Under the pieces are notes generated by a model. The model searched no databases, was not told the origin of the DNA, and worked only from the letters and a program-made list of their open reading frames with translations. This document shows positions 63,483 through 64,000 of a stretch of DNA of 64,000 bases, piece by piece. The stretch comes from Lytechinus pictus. Its lineage: Eukaryota. Every line of letters begins with the position of its first letter. Within the stretch, counting starts at the first letter, position 1. A program made the position numbers and the translations under genes. The stretch covers positions 5,024,001-5,088,000 of the forward strand of contig NC_087251.1 in the NCBI RefSeq assembly GCF_037042905.1, read 5' to 3'.

Positions 63483-64000
63483 CGTATAGCACACTGTTAT
63501 CTATGCACTGTAATGATATACCTTGCCAACCCTTATGGAACAATGATTTTATCAAAATAGGTAATAGCTCAATTCACAGTAGATCTCTAAATAATAGGGG
63601 TGTTCGTTTTGTTAATGATATTTTAGATGTACATGGCAATTTCCTCTCTTTGAATGACCTTAAGGAAAAATACAATGTTCAAATAAATTTTATTTTTTAC
63701 CGTGGATTATGTGATGCTATAAGAGACGGTTTTAGCAATGGCACACACTTTAGCAAGTTCCAAGAACCTATTATCCCTGATACAATAGCACTTGTTATGA
63801 AATATAATAAAGGTTGTTCACACATCTATACGATTCTTAAAAAGAAAAGAAAAGTGGAATGTAAAAGTTTCCTTAAGTGGAAGTGTATATTCGATATGAA
63901 TGACAAGCAATGGCAATCGTATTGCTCTATTGGATTCAGTTGTACTACCGATGTGAATTTACGTTGGTTTCAGTTCAAAATAATGCAACATATTTTATAT
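61403..64000 (+). mobile_element. 5'-truncated Tx1/L1-clade non-LTR retrotransposon; runs off the window end
   Basis: Motifs QLFFDTLL..VRGETISY, W.E.GEKPSKYFFNLEK, KSPGLDG, NWRPISLLN, DFEKAFDS, GCRQGDPLSP, QYADD, YLGI and GG.KMID. After a frameshift the protein continues NPFWKE...QPLWNN...LRWFQFKI. The endonuclease domain and ORF1 are absent. Confidence 0.95.

Overview
This is AT-rich animal genomic DNA, most likely from a sea urchin (judged from the FoxA sequence and the repeat types; the species cannot be confirmed from sequence alone). The only host protein-coding gene recognised is foxA (HNF3/fork head) on the minus strand, with an uninterrupted CDS at 10734-12056. It has a candidate promoter at about 12.3-12.6 kb, a long AU-rich 3' flank, and about 50 kb of upstream gene desert holding several clusters of Fox, T-box, TCF, Otx and Su(H) motifs. 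The rest is interspersed repeats: non-autonomous DNA transposons identified by their TIRs and TSDs (hAT-, Kolobok-, Tc1/mariner-, EnSpm- and Harbinger-like), tRNA-derived SINEs, a 3' fragment of an L2/Crack-type LINE, and microsatellites. A nested TE pile-up at 57.5-64 kb ends in a young, 5'-truncated Tx1/L1-type LINE. The most notable observations are: (1) an in-frame GUG in strong Kozak context that would add a SUMO-consensus N-terminus to FoxA; (2) a spaced array of GCGC-GAA-GCGC mini-hairpin motifs inside a nested hAT element; (3) a SINE joined directly to a truncated LINE; (4) a 5'-less tRNA-like unit with a UCA anticodon inside a (TA)n tract; and (5) dense Fox-site clusters that may mediate foxA autoregulation. 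No CRISPR array, rRNA or intact tRNA gene is supported.
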